Assembly: GCA_963639495.1 (NCBI GenBank) | Contig: CAVHWE010000001.1 | Span: forward strand, 4,704 to 68,703 | Direction: 5' to 3' | From: a bacterium | Lineage (GTDB): Bacteria > Bacteroidota > Bacteroidia > Bacteroidales > Bacteroidaceae | DNA length: 64,000 nt | Translations under genes and position numbers: made by a program | Notes under the pieces: model-generated | What the model was told of the DNA's origin: nothing | The model's input: the letters and a program-made list of their open reading frames with translations, nothing else | The model's database searches: none | Part shown: positions 31,817 through 41,847 of the stretch, one piece after another | Layout of the letters: each line of letters starts with the position of its first letter | Position numbering within the stretch: position 1 is the stretch's first letter

Positions 31817-32116
31817 ATGGCAGAACAAGAACAAGATAAATTACTCATACGATTACACGTCTATGATACAGATCTTTCGGTAAGAATACCTAGGGAAGAC
31901 GAGGAGTATTATCGTAAATCAGCTAAGCTGATAGATGATATTGTAAACTCATATACCAAGATTTTCAAAGGCAGAAAGAGCGATAAGGAAATCCTGTATA
32001 TGGCGCTCATTGATGTGGCATTGAGATATGAGAAGGAATCGGATCGGAATGATACGAAACCTTATGATGATATTCTTGAGAAGCTTACCTCCGAGATTGA
32101 AGACGCTTTGAAATAA
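31817..32116 (+). CDS. zapA: Cell division protein ZapA
   Basis: I.L..Y....[12 protein letters not shown] pattern, ILYMAL; zapA-rny synteny. Confidence 0.8.
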   Translation: MAEQEQDKLLIRLHVYDTDLSVRIPREDEEYYRKSAKLIDDIVNSYTKIFKGRKSDKEILYMALIDVALRYEKESDRNDTKPYDDILEKLTSEIEDALK

Positions 32117-32144
32117 GAATATTAATAAACATATATATAATATA

Positions 32145-33680
32145 ATGATAGTAACTATTATAGCAGCCTTGGTGGCGCTTGTTATCGGCGGTGCTGCTGG
32201 GTATTTCATTTTCCGTTATGTCATTAAGGGAAAATATAATGAAATGATAGAAGCTGCCAACAAAGAGGCAGAAGTAGTAAAAGAGAAGAAGCTTTTGGAA
32301 GTGAAGGAGAAATTCCTCAACAAGAAGGCGGAACTCGAAAAAGAAGTGCAGCAGCGTAATTCTCGCATCCAGCAGAATGAGAATAAGTTGAAGCAGCGCG
32401 AGATTTCTCTCAATCAGCGTCAGGAAGACCTCGGTCGACGCAAGATGGAGATTGATCAGTATCAGCAGCGTGTTGACAACGAGAAGAAACTCTTGTCTGT
32501 CAAGCAGCAGGATCTCGAAAAAATGCAGAAGCAGGAGCAGGCTAAACTGGAAGAACTTTCTGGTCTGAGTGCTGAAGAGGCTAAGCAGAGATTGATTGAG
32601 AGTCTGAAAGATCAGGCTAAACTCGATGCTGCAAGCTATGTGAATGAGATTATGGATGATGCCAAACTCAATGCTAACCAGCAGGCTAAGAAGATTGTGA
32701 TTCAGACAATCCAGCGTGTTGCTACTGAAACAGCCATTGAGAACTCTGTCAGCGTTTTCCATATTGATAATGATGAGGTGAAGGGACGTATTATCGGTCG
32801 TGAAGGTCGCAATATCCGTGCTCTGGAAGCAGCAACTGGTGTAGAAATCGTTGTGGATGATACTCCTGAGGCAATCGTTATCTCAGCCTTCGACCCTGTT
32901 CGTCGTGAGGTTTGCCGTCTGGCTCTCCATCAGTTGGTTGCTGACGGCCGTATCCACCCAGCCCGTATTGAGGAGGTGGTAGCCAAGGTGAAGAAGCAGT
33001 TGGATAATGAAATCATCGAGACTGGTAAGCGTACAGCTATCGACCTCGGTATCCATGGTCTGCACCCAGAGTTGATTCGTATCATCGGTAAGATGAAGTA
33101 CCGTTCTTCTTATGGTCAGAACCTCTTGCAGCATGCCCGTGAAACCGCTAACCTCTGTGCGGTTATGGCTTCTGAATTGGGATTGAATCCAAAGAAGGCT
33201 AAGCGTGCCGGTCTTTTGCACGATATTGGTAAGGTGCCTGATGAGGAGAGTGAATTGCCACACGCATTGTATGGTGCCAAGATTGCAGAGAAGTATAAGG
33301 AAAAACCTGATATCTGCAATGCCATCGGTGCTCACCATGATGAGATGGAGATGAACACATTATTGGCTCCTATCGTACAGGTTTGTGATGCTATCTCTGG
33401 TGCTCGTCCTGGTGCCCGTCGTGAGATTGTAGAGGCTTATATCAAGCGTTTGAACGATCTTGAAGCTATCGCCATGAGTTATCCTGGCGTAACCAAGACT
33501 TACGCTATCCAGGCAGGTCGTGAACTCCGTGTCATCGTGGGTGCGGATAAGATGAACGATGAAGAGAGCATCAAGCTTTCTGATGAAATCGCAACCAAGA
33601 TTCAGAATGAGATGACTTATCCTGGTCAGGTTAAGATTACTGTAATTCGTGAGACTCGTAGTGTAGCTTACGCTAAGTAA
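32145..33680 (+). CDS. rny: Ribonuclease Y
   Basis: N-terminal TM, coiled coil, KH domain ([13 protein letters not shown]), HD domain (LLHDIGK). Confidence 0.97.
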   Translation: MIVTIIAALVALVIGGAAGYFIFRYVIKGKYNEMIEAANKEAEVVKEKKLLEVKEKFLNKKAELEKEVQQRNSRIQQNENKLKQREISLNQRQEDLGRRKMEIDQYQQRVDNEKKLLSVKQQDLEKMQKQEQAKLEELSGLSAEEAKQRLIESLKDQAKLDAASYVNEIMDDAKLNANQQAKKIVIQTIQRVATETAIENSVSVFHIDNDEVKGRIIGREGRNIRALEAATGVEIVVDDTPEAIVISAFDPVRREVCRLALHQLVADGRIHPARIEEVVAKVKKQLDNEIIETGKRTAIDLGIHGLHPELIRIIGKMKYRSSYGQNLLQHARETANLCAVMASELGLNPKKAKRAGLLHDIGKVPDEESELPHALYGAKIAEKYKEKPDICNAIGAHHDEMEMNTLLAPIVQVCDAISGARPGARREIVEAYIKRLNDLEAIAMSYPGVTKTYAIQAGRELRVIVGADKMNDEESIKLSDEIATKIQNEMTYPGQVKITVIRETRSVAYAK

Positions 33681-33746
33681 GATAGAATTATATTTGAAGT
33701 TTAAATTGTCGTTTCTCTTCTGCAAGGTAGAGAGATGTATCTTGAT

Positions 33747-33784
33747 AAAGCCGTACTCTGGAAAAAGGGTGCGGCTTTTCTTTT
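33747..33784 (+). terminator. Intrinsic terminator after rny
   Basis: AAAGCCGTACTCT...AGGGTGCGGCTTTT plus T-run. Confidence 0.7.
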
Positions 33785-33797
33785 CCCTTTTCAGAAT

Positions 33798-34496
33798 ATG
33801 ATGAAAGCAGAACAGAAAGTATTAAAGCGATTCAATAAAGGATGTGTTGACTATCATCTTTTGGAGGATGGTGACCATATTCTTATAGCCTTGAGCGGCG
33901 GAAAGGATTCTCTGGAACTGGTGCGCCTCTTGGCTCAGCGTGCCCGTATCTATAAACCTCATATCGAAGTGGAGGCGGCTCATATCATCATGGATAACAT
34001 TCCTTACGTAACCGACCGCTCTTATCTGCAGGATTTCTGTGCAGAGAATGGCATCAAGCTCCATATCCTTCATAGTTCGTTCGATGAATCGACCGATCCC
34101 CGTAAGACCCGTTGCTTCCTTTGTGCCTGGAACCGCCGCAAGACGCTCTTCGAGTTTGCGGTAAATAATGGTTTTAACAAGATAGCCTTGGGCCATCATA
34201 TGGATGATATCCTCGTTACCCTGCTGATGAATATCACCTTCGAGGGTTCTCATTCCACCATGCAGCCCAGTCTTCCCTTGAAACATTATCCGCTTACCAT
34301 TATCCGTCCGCTTTGCCTGGTGCATGAGGCGGATATCCGGCATGTAGCAGAAGAATTGCATTTCACTAGGCAGAAAGTGCTGTGTCCTTACGAAGAGACT
34401 ACCCGACGTGCCGATATGCAAGCCGTCTTCCAGCATTTGGAGCAGTTGAACCCTGAAGCCCGCTATAGTCTTTGGCGTTCCGTCTTTGGGGAATAA
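33798..34496 (+). CDS. ttcA: tRNA 2-thiocytidine biosynthesis TtcA family protein (start moved to ATG 33798)
   Basis: PP-loop SGGKDS, CFLC, ALGHHMDD, IIRPL; the longer ORF start runs through the rny terminator. Confidence 0.82.
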   Translation: MMKAEQKVLKRFNKGCVDYHLLEDGDHILIALSGGKDSLELVRLLAQRARIYKPHIEVEAAHIIMDNIPYVTDRSYLQDFCAENGIKLHILHSSFDESTDPRKTRCFLCAWNRRKTLFEFAVNNGFNKIALGHHMDDILVTLLMNITFEGSHSTMQPSLPLKHYPLTIIRPLCLVHEADIRHVAEELHFTRQKVLCPYEETTRRADMQAVFQHLEQLNPEARYSLWRSVFGE

Positions 34497-34523
34497 AATA
34501 TAGTAGAAAAAGCAATAAAAAAT

Positions 34524-34608
34524 GAAAGTAGTTGCATGTGCTCATGCAGCTACTTTCGTTGGACAATGCAATAGGCTTCATTTGCCATTGAAGCCTATTG
34601 CATTTTTT
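34524..34608. terminator. Two tandem hairpins between convergent ttcA and ccsA
   Basis: GAAAGTAGTTGCATG...CATGCAGCTACTTTC and AATGCAATAGGCTTCA...TGAAGCCTATTGCATTTTTT. Confidence 0.8.
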
Positions 34609-36821
34609 TATGCATACGAGTGCATACCTGGCAAGAAATAGTTTACGCCAAAATAGGTCATCAGTACGCTGAGGAAGGCGAGAAGCATATAGATATGTAT
34701 ATGCAGCGGCTTATGCATCCATCTGATGTCGTTATGAAGAGGAGCTGCATAGATGAGCATGGTGATGAGAGCCCATGTTTCCTTGGCATCCCAACTCCAA
34801 TATTTACCCCAACTGACATTTGCCCAGATGGCACCGATGAAGATGCCTACAGCTATCAGGGCAACGGCAGGGTAGAGTAGAAACTGAGAGAGGGCTGCAA
34901 GCTTTGACTCCGATGCTGTGTCCTGTCTGATATGGGCGATGATACCCTGGATGCCTATTAATGCCATCAGACCGAAGAGGGCATAAGAGAACATGATAAC
35001 CATGACATGTACCGACAGCAACGGTGACTGTAATACCGGCATCAACTGGGTGAGCTGTGGATTACTGTCTGTAATCATGGCTACCAATAATGCGAATGCT
35101 GCCAATAAAGGTCCGTACTGCAGGATGATGCTGAATCGTCTTCTCATAGATAAGGTAATCAACAATACCGACCATGACAGGAACTGCATCGTCTCATAAC
35201 CATTGGATAGAGGAAGATGTCCGGAAATATACCATCTCAATCCGATAACAACGGTAGTTTGCAGAAGCATGATTCCTGCCAGGGATGTACTGATCGTCAG
35301 CAGAATCTTCCGCTTTCTGTCATTGAGCCTGAGGGTAGAAGCGATGACTGCAAGGAGTGCCACGGTAAGATAGAGCATGATAGGCCAGCGCTGGGTGTTG
35401 ATGATATTGTATGCCAGTTCTGCATAGATGGCTGTCTGCGAAGGTATCACCTTTTTTCCGCGGATGTGCTGGTAGTCGTATATCTTGCTTATCAGAGTAG
35501 CTGCCCGCCCCTCATTGTTCATGATGATACTTTCGGCAAGATAATCCATGGATTTTCTGACGAAGTACCACTCCTTAGGCGGCAGGTAGCCATGGATGTT
35601 CTTTTCGCCCGGTGCCAGCCAGGTAATGTTGCCCTTCTTGTCGGTATAAGGATACATTCTAAGCAACTCGCCATTATAAAGCATTCTGATGATGTTGAAT
35701 TTCTCGTCAGCATCCCGGAGACTCTTCTGCAGTTCCTTGTTGCCGCTGCGGTAAGCCTCTTTCAGCGGCTTGTCAAGCTTGTACTCGTTGTATTGATTCC
35801 AAAAATCTGAAAAACTAGCCCACTTGCCTGTTATTCCCAGTACCTGCTGTGCTTCCTTGCTTTTCACTTCTATCATCCTGGCATTTTCCCAGTTGGCTAC
35901 ATCAAATACCCAGCCGCAGAAAATCTGGTTGGCTGTCATCCCGTTCCAAGAAGGTTTACCACTGAGTTTGGTGACGAATGTGGTGGCTACGGTATTGATT
36001 GGGCAGATGCGACTGTTGTAGAGTACGCAGATCTTTCCAAAGTCATCAGCTATCTTATTGTCAACTTTTCTCAGTTCCTGTGCCTGTAGGGGCGCCATAA
36101 ATGTCGGCATAGCCAGCAATACAGCAAGAAGAAGTGCTTTGGCTGCCTGCTGATCTACGGCAAGATGATAGAATTTGCGCATGCGGGTCCGCTTGCTGAT
36201 AAGTGTGTTGAGCAGGGCTATGAATAGAATGAAGTAGCCTATGTAGGTAATGGCTATCCCGTAAGGATCATAATATACCCCCAGGTGAGTGCCCTTCATG
36301 TCTTCATCATAGCCAGCCTGGGTGAATCTGTAGCCTTGATACTGTCCGATATTGTTCATTGAGATATTCAAGGGCTCGTTGTCGGCTGTGATTTCCGAAA
36401 CATAATCCATCGGTGCATCGGTACCCGGATAGTTGATGACCTTGAAGTCCTTTAACTTCAGGGTGAAGCCAAGCTGTTCGGTGGTCTTGTCTTTCAGCAC
36501 CAATTCCTTGATTGGTACTCCCTGGCGCAGATAAATATCGCCGCTCTTGGAGGTAAGCCAGGAGGTAAGTGCCCCCAGCAGGATGAGAAGGAATGCCATG
36601 TGGACCATCCATACAGAGATGCGACGGAACAGGCGATGCTTCAGCATATAGATGAAGCTGACCACAGCCAGGATACCCCATGCTATGACAAACCACAGCG
36701 AACTGTATATATGGGTCTGTGCAAATGCTGTTCCCTTGGAATTCTCAACAAAGGTAGCTGCCATCATCACAATGATGATGATGGTGGCTAAACTGATAAT
36801 AAAACTCTTAAGTTTGTTCAT
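34608..36821 (-). CDS. ccsA: System II cytochrome c biogenesis protein (ResB/CcsB-CcsA fusion)
   Basis: WWD domain WANVSWGKYWSWDAKETW; conserved His in VHMAF, SGHLP, SVHV, GMHSY. Confidence 0.9.
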   Translation of the reverse strand: MNKLKSFIISLATIIIIVMMAATFVENSKGTAFAQTHIYSSLWFVIAWGILAVVSFIYMLKHRLFRRISVWMVHMAFLLILLGALTSWLTSKSGDIYLRQGVPIKELVLKDKTTEQLGFTLKLKDFKVINYPGTDAPMDYVSEITADNEPLNISMNNIGQYQGYRFTQAGYDEDMKGTHLGVYYDPYGIAITYIGYFILFIALLNTLISKRTRMRKFYHLAVDQQAAKALLLAVLLAMPTFMAPLQAQELRKVDNKIADDFGKICVLYNSRICPINTVATTFVTKLSGKPSWNGMTANQIFCGWVFDVANWENARMIEVKSKEAQQVLGITGKWASFSDFWNQYNEYKLDKPLKEAYRSGNKELQKSLRDADEKFNIIRMLYNGELLRMYPYTDKKGNITWLAPGEKNIHGYLPPKEWYFVRKSMDYLAESIIMNNEGRAATLISKIYDYQHIRGKKVIPSQTAIYAELAYNIINTQRWPIMLYLTVALLAVIASTLRLNDRKRKILLTISTSLAGIMLLQTTVVIGLRWYISGHLPLSNGYETMQFLSWSVLLITLSMRRRFSIILQYGPLLAAFALLVAMITDSNPQLTQLMPVLQSPLLSVHVMVIMFSYALFGLMALIGIQGIIAHIRQDTASESKLAALSQFLLYPAVALIAVGIFIGAIWANVSWGKYWSWDAKETWALITMLIYAAPLHNDIRWMHKPLHIHIYMLLAFLSVLMTYFGVNYFLPGMHSYA

Positions 36822-36941
36822 TTAAATTGAATCTACAAATTTAATAACTTGTTGGCGCTGTTCTTTGCTCAGCTTTCGGAAGTTTTCTACTGCCCAGTGC
36901 ACATCGCTCTTGCCTCCTTCTCAGCAATAATCATGCCACAT
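36822..36941 (-). pseudogene. Relic C-terminus of a second di-heme oxidoreductase allele
   Basis: MWHDYC*EGGKSDVHWAVENFRKLSKEQRQQVIKFVDSI*; the last 30 aa are 14/30 identical to the end of 36993-38684; its stop abuts the ccsA ATG. Confidence 0.8.
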
Positions 36942-36992
36942 GCTTCTTCTCCCAGATGGGGTAGAAAGCATGTGGCTTTTTATGATAGAAGT

Positions 36993-38684
36993 TTAAATGG
37001 ATTCACAGAAGAAGATGATGGCAGCTCGCTGATTTGAAGTGAGGTTGCGGAACTTCTCGATAGCGAAACGGGCATCACTCTTGGCATTGCCATGCCACAT
37101 GATAGCCTCCAGCGTGTTGCGGGCACGGCAGTCGTGCAAGCGATCTTCGGCTCCGGTACAGAGTTTAGACAATCCGCGGCCCCAGAGTGGAGTGGTGCGG
37201 CACCAGCCAGTACGGATGTCGTTCTCCATGAAGAGACGGTGCTGTACAAAGTCGGTGTATGGCCAGATCTTCTGGTTGGCATAGCGAGGCATATCGCTGT
37301 TAGTCAGATACTTGTTTGGATCCTGGATATTGTCATCGCCTGTTGTCCATGATGGACGGTGGCAGGATGCACAACCAATCTCAGAGAAGAGTTTCTTGCC
37401 CTGCTCGTATTTTTCGGTACCCACATTGCGGGCTGCAGGAACAGCCAGACCACGATGCCATACCATGAAGTTCTTATACTGCTCGCCGGTCATCTCTACA
37501 TCGAGGTCTTTTGCCATCAAGTAGTTGTAGATGTTCTGCTTTACATCGTCGGTGTGCCAGTCGGCATGCTTCTTCTCAGGGTCAATCTTGTTGATATACT
37601 CAGGGAAACCCTTCTGTACATCAGCATCGTTCATGGCAGTGGTTGCATAAATCTTGCCATCAAGACTCAGGTAATGGTAGCGACGGTCTGGACGGGTAAC
37701 GTTGGTGATGTTCCAGATGGCGTTGGCACCGGCAGCATCAAGCAACGGACCACGGCTCAAAGCGTATGTATAGCGGCGAACATACTTGGTTCCGTCTCCC
37801 TGCAAAGAGTTGGAATAGTAGCTGTTCCACTTGTTCTCAGCCTGGTTCCACATCGCTGGGTTCAAAGCATCAGTCTTTCCCACGGAATTGAAATACTTGC
37901 TCTCAGATTCCCACTGCTTGGTGATTTCCTCATCAGGGATGGCATCAGTAAGACCTGTGCCATAGATACCGATTGTAGATTCGAGACGTATTCCGATTTC
38001 GTCTGCTACCTGATCGTTTGGAATCACTACTTCCTTGCCGTTTCTCATCACGGTAACTGGTGAGTAATAGGCATCTGCAGGGATGGTTACCTCAGGATAA
38101 ATCAGGTCGTAAGTCTCGCCATCAGCAAACTTGTTGCCCCATTCGTCTGTATAGTGCTTCCACTCGATATTGATTTTCTTTTCATCAATCTGTGGCTTGA
38201 ATGGCTCAACAGCACCTGTCTGTGGCATACCTGCTACAGAGTAGATGTAGGCGTTGGTCTTCTTGTCGTAGATAACCAGCAGGTATCCGTTACCCATATC
38301 AGAGTATCTGTAACGCTCCTGACGCTTGCCATGGCCGTATGCTGGATGGCAATAGAGGCATCCCTGACGTACATAGAGAGGACCAAGACCAGCGAATGCT
38401 CCATCGGTATTGGTATTGAAGTCGCGCTCAAAGAGTGCTTCACCAATCTGGAAGGCTGCTCCGAAACCTTGCTGCTCTACGGCAGGAGTAGGCTGCTTGT
38501 AGGCATTGGCACCCTGGAGTGTCGTTGTACCGAGCACACCACCAGCATAATACTCTTCTGACTTTTCTGAAGTACTGCCGCCTCCACCGAGATCAATCAC
38601 ATCATCTACTGTTGATTTGCTGTCGCTACAGCTCATCATAGCCAGAGCGGCGCAAAACAATGGAATTAATTGTCTTTTTTTCAT
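36993..38684 (-). CDS. Di-heme oxidoreductase (DHOR)-family c-type cytochrome lipoprotein
   Basis: Lipoprotein signal MMSC-SD; two CxxCH motifs (CLYCH, CASCH); GLGPLY, RTTPLWG, LHDCRAR, EAIMWH. Confidence 0.88.
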   Translation of the reverse strand: MKKRQLIPLFCAALAMMSCSDSKSTVDDVIDLGGGGSTSEKSEEYYAGGVLGTTTLQGANAYKQPTPAVEQQGFGAAFQIGEALFERDFNTNTDGAFAGLGPLYVRQGCLYCHPAYGHGKRQERYRYSDMGNGYLLVIYDKKTNAYIYSVAGMPQTGAVEPFKPQIDEKKINIEWKHYTDEWGNKFADGETYDLIYPEVTIPADAYYSPVTVMRNGKEVVIPNDQVADEIGIRLESTIGIYGTGLTDAIPDEEITKQWESESKYFNSVGKTDALNPAMWNQAENKWNSYYSNSLQGDGTKYVRRYTYALSRGPLLDAAGANAIWNITNVTRPDRRYHYLSLDGKIYATTAMNDADVQKGFPEYINKIDPEKKHADWHTDDVKQNIYNYLMAKDLDVEMTGEQYKNFMVWHRGLAVPAARNVGTEKYEQGKKLFSEIGCASCHRPSWTTGDDNIQDPNKYLTNSDMPRYANQKIWPYTDFVQHRLFMENDIRTGWCRTTPLWGRGLSKLCTGAEDRLHDCRARNTLEAIMWHGNAKSDARFAIEKFRNLTSNQRAAIIFFCESI

Positions 38685-38825
38685 AATGTTGTAAGTTTAT
38701 TTTATATGATTCATGTATTCTGCTACGTTTCTTCTTGTTTCTGTTTTATTACGCAAAAGGTTGGTAGTCTTTTTTCAAAGGCTACCAACAATTTATCTAT
38801 ATAATATCTTTCTTAGAAACAGGAA

Positions 38826-40022
38826 TTACTTCTTCCAGGTAATCTTCTTCAAAGAGTTGAGGAGCTTCAAGTCATTGTCAGCAAGAGCACGGTAAGTTGG
38901 GATTACGGTGTTCTTGACGAATGCTTCGTTCACCTTCTTGAACTCAGCCTCGAGTTTAGCGTTACCTGAGAATTTCTCGATCTCAGCATCGAGTGCATCG
39001 AGTGCAGCTTCAAGCTCATCAAGTGCAGCCATTGCATCCTTTGCACTCTGGTCTGTGTAGTAGAGTACGAATGGCTTCTTCATGTTGCTGATTTTGTTGA
39101 GGGCTGCATCCAACTTGGTCTGTGCATTCTGTGCTGCTGCCTTCATGTCAGCATCGCTTACCTTGAGGCAAACACCCAGAAGTGATGTTCCTGTTGGCTG
39201 GTCAACTACATTCCAACCGCCATAGAGTGCATGCTTGCAAGACATGATGTTATCATAGAAGTCAACGATAGAGTTGTGAGCAAATGGAGACTCGATATAG
39301 TTGACGTCCTCACCAGTAGCAGGAGCACCGATCTTAGAGTCACGTACCTCACCGATGATTTCGTTGGCACCTGCAATGATTTCACGGGTTGCCAAGGTGA
39401 TAGATGAGTACTTGGAACCTGGCTCACCTGCAGTCATGAAATCCTCACCATAGTTCTTTGATTCAAACTCTGCATCATCAAGAATCTTCTGCTCTGCATC
39501 TGACAAATCTCCACCCCATGCGTTGACCAACTTCAAAGAGCTGAGATACAAATCCTGTGCTGCGCTCTGTGCGAAGTAAACTTCGTTGGCTGTCATATCC
39601 TTGATCTTGCGAGCCTCACCATCACGGAAAATCAGATACTCCACAGCATGGAAACCTGTCAGGTTCTGACCGTTAGCAATCGCATCATCAATCAAGGCTG
39701 CATCATCCTCATCGGTTGCTGGATTGTATTTCTTCATGTATTTATCAAACTGTACGCGGTCGAATGGCCATGTGTCGGTGTGTGGGTCGAGTCCGAAGTC
39801 TGTAGCTGGACCGAAGAGGAATGCCTCAGACCACTCCCAGTCCTGACGAGCCTCTTTCCAGTTGGCACAAGCTTCTGATACCATTGCATCAGTACCATTC
39901 AAGTCAGGATTTACGCTTGATGGAGTCTCTGGCTCATCATTGTCATCACTGCAGCTTGCAAAACCTAATGATAATGTCAAGGCAGCTGCAAAAAGCATTG
40001 AATACTTAAAAATCTTTTTCAT
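38826..40022 (-). CDS. Imelysin-family iron-regulated lipoprotein
   Basis: Lipoprotein signal ASC-SDD; WEWSEAFLFGP, GFHAVEY (GxHxxE), IESPFAHNS. Confidence 0.88.
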   Translation of the reverse strand: MKKIFKYSMLFAAALTLSLGFASCSDDNDEPETPSSVNPDLNGTDAMVSEACANWKEARQDWEWSEAFLFGPATDFGLDPHTDTWPFDRVQFDKYMKKYNPATDEDDAALIDDAIANGQNLTGFHAVEYLIFRDGEARKIKDMTANEVYFAQSAAQDLYLSSLKLVNAWGGDLSDAEQKILDDAEFESKNYGEDFMTAGEPGSKYSSITLATREIIAGANEIIGEVRDSKIGAPATGEDVNYIESPFAHNSIVDFYDNIMSCKHALYGGWNVVDQPTGTSLLGVCLKVSDADMKAAAQNAQTKLDAALNKISNMKKPFVLYYTDQSAKDAMAALDELEAALDALDAEIEKFSGNAKLEAEFKKVNEAFVKNTVIPTYRALADNDLKLLNSLKKITWKK

Positions 40023-40065
40023 TGTTTTTTTTGTTTTATTCTTGTTTTTGACTTTATAATAGAAC

Positions 40066-41484
40066 TTACTTCTTAACCTGTTTTTTCAACTCCTGGAGTT
40101 CCTTGGTGAGCTGGTTGATACGTTCCATCTGGAATTTATCTATCTCCTGGGTCTTCTTGAACTTCTTGTTGATCCAAGTTGTAGTATCGAAGAGACCGAA
40201 GAAAGTGACGCCCAGGTTGAGGCTAGGCTCATTGTTGTAAGCGCTCTCCAGGAATCGGTGGCTATACTCAGCCTTAATGGTGATAGGCTTGATAGGAGAA
40301 TAGTTGATACCGGCACCCATTCTCTTCACGTGGTCGTACTCGTAAGCTACCTTCTTGTTGCCACTGGCGTATGTGTTGTAATCCTCGTAGCGGCCGAAGA
40401 CATAGAACTTCTGCTTGTTTCGGAGACTTTCTATCTGGGAAAAAACATTATAACCGGCTTCGATACCTACAGAATAAGCACTGCTGGCAATAGGAGAGTG
40501 CTTCGAAGGAGAGCCATCCTGCGCATTGTGCTTAGGGAAGGTATTCATGAAGGCTGTCATCTTGGTAGCATCGTCCAGATGCGCATAGGTAGCATTACCA
40601 CGTACTATCCAGTTCCAGCGGTTCAACTCGAAACCAAAGCTGCCGATAGACAAGGCGCCATGTACATCTTTGTATGATGCGCTTGCTTTCTTTTCTGTAT
40701 TCTTGAAAGTATAGCCATAGTAGCCGCTCAAACTGAGTCGCAAACCTGGTATAGAATAGTTGTCAATGCGGGCTGCACCGGCATATACATTACCAATCTT
40801 GTATTCATAAGGACTTGTTGCTCCATAATGAACGAAACAGTTGTGCCCGAAACGCTCTGCATCGAGACCCGATGTGAAGATGGCCTCATAGCGCCAATCC
40901 TTCAACTTACCCCACAGGGAAACACCCACCTGGTGCCAGGTGTTAGGAAGCATTTTGGCTTCACCCTCTGAACGATAGACAGAGAAGAAATTGTTTGGCA
41001 TGTGATAGGCATTGATTTCGCCCACAGGAATGATGATTTCACCAGCCTTGATATTGAACTTGCCACCCCAGAAAGCTTTGTTGAGCCAGAACTGCTCAAG
41101 GGCAACCTCGCCGCCACGCTCTGTCTCAGCCTCATATTCGCCACTTTCATCAGCATCGATTTCTACAGCATTTTCTGTTCCACCATGCTCGAACTCTATT
41201 TCCATTCCCATGGTCCAACCCTGTCCGAAATCATAGCCCAGATTGAGGGTTACGTGTGGCAAGTCGAAACGTCCATGGCTGTCATCGTCCTTATAGGTGG
41301 CAGGGTCTCTGTAACGGTTGAAATGCTGGCTATAGAAGTTGCGGCTCATCACGGCCTCTCCATAACCACCGATGGTAAATCGGGGTTTTGCTGCAGTACT
41401 GTCTGCGCAACACTGTTGTGCATTTGCCGTTGCCAAACCGGCAACTAGGGCAGCGGACATCAATCCAATTCTTAAACTGTTCAT
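40066..41484 (-). CDS. Outer-membrane beta-barrel (porin-like) associated with imelysin operons
   Basis: Signal peptide; IGGYGE, EIEFEHGG, GEVALEQFW, PNTWHQ; beta-strand pattern. Confidence 0.75.
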   Translation of the reverse strand: MNSLRIGLMSAALVAGLATANAQQCCADSTAAKPRFTIGGYGEAVMSRNFYSQHFNRYRDPATYKDDDSHGRFDLPHVTLNLGYDFGQGWTMGMEIEFEHGGTENAVEIDADESGEYEAETERGGEVALEQFWLNKAFWGGKFNIKAGEIIIPVGEINAYHMPNNFFSVYRSEGEAKMLPNTWHQVGVSLWGKLKDWRYEAIFTSGLDAERFGHNCFVHYGATSPYEYKIGNVYAGAARIDNYSIPGLRLSLSGYYGYTFKNTEKKASASYKDVHGALSIGSFGFELNRWNWIVRGNATYAHLDDATKMTAFMNTFPKHNAQDGSPSKHSPIASSAYSVGIEAGYNVFSQIESLRNKQKFYVFGRYEDYNTYASGNKKVAYEYDHVKRMGAGINYSPIKPITIKAEYSHRFLESAYNNEPSLNLGVTFFGLFDTTTWINKKFKKTQEIDKFQMERINQLTKELQELKKQVKK

Positions 41485-41671
41485 TTTTATCTGTTTTGAA
41501 ATGTTATCTGTTTATTATCCTAAAAATAAAAAGAAAAGAGCGCAGATATCTGCTTGCTTTCTCGACACTTTAGAGACCTAGTATCTCCTTAAAAGCCCTA
41601 TAGACTTAATAAGGAATTACGCAGCTCTGCCGCTCGGGAGTGGCAATCATCACCGCGCTCTTTCTCGATTT
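41485..41671 (-). promoter_or_regulatory. Long structured 5' leader of the porin-imelysin operon (candidate cis-regulatory RNA)
   Basis: An 11-bp closing stem (41663-41653 with 41545-41535) encloses several hairpins and is followed by a U-rich tract; -7 element TACCTTTG at 41678-41685. Confidence 0.5.
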
Positions 41672-41677
41672 CGGGTG

Positions 41678-41781
41678 CAAAGGTACGGTGTTTTAAAATA
41701 TCTTGCAATACCTAAAAATCGGTAAACTGCCGCATCCCCATTTCTAGGTATTGCGAGTTTCGAAACTTTTTTGTATATTTG
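41678..41781. promoter_or_regulatory. Symmetric divergent promoter with two 16-bp LuxR-type boxes
   Basis: -7 elements at 41678-41685 (-) and 41774-41781 (+); boxes TACCTAAAAATCGGTA 41709-41724 and TCCCCATTTCTAGGTA 41735-41750. Confidence 0.65.
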
Positions 41782-41847
41782 CAACCGAAATAGAAACATT
41801 ATGAATGTTCTTGATACAAGGATGTTTTCATTTAAGGAGAAAGAAAG

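Noticed and set aside
32116..32145. 6S RNA after zapA
   Set aside because: The gap to rny is under 30 bp.
41485..41671. Known riboswitch (NiCo, yybP-ykoY, cobalamin, TPP, fluoride)
   Set aside because: Hallmark conserved segments not found by eye; GGUGAUGA resembles the fluoride 5' end but the downstream pseudoknot partner is missing. Kept only as an unclassified leader.
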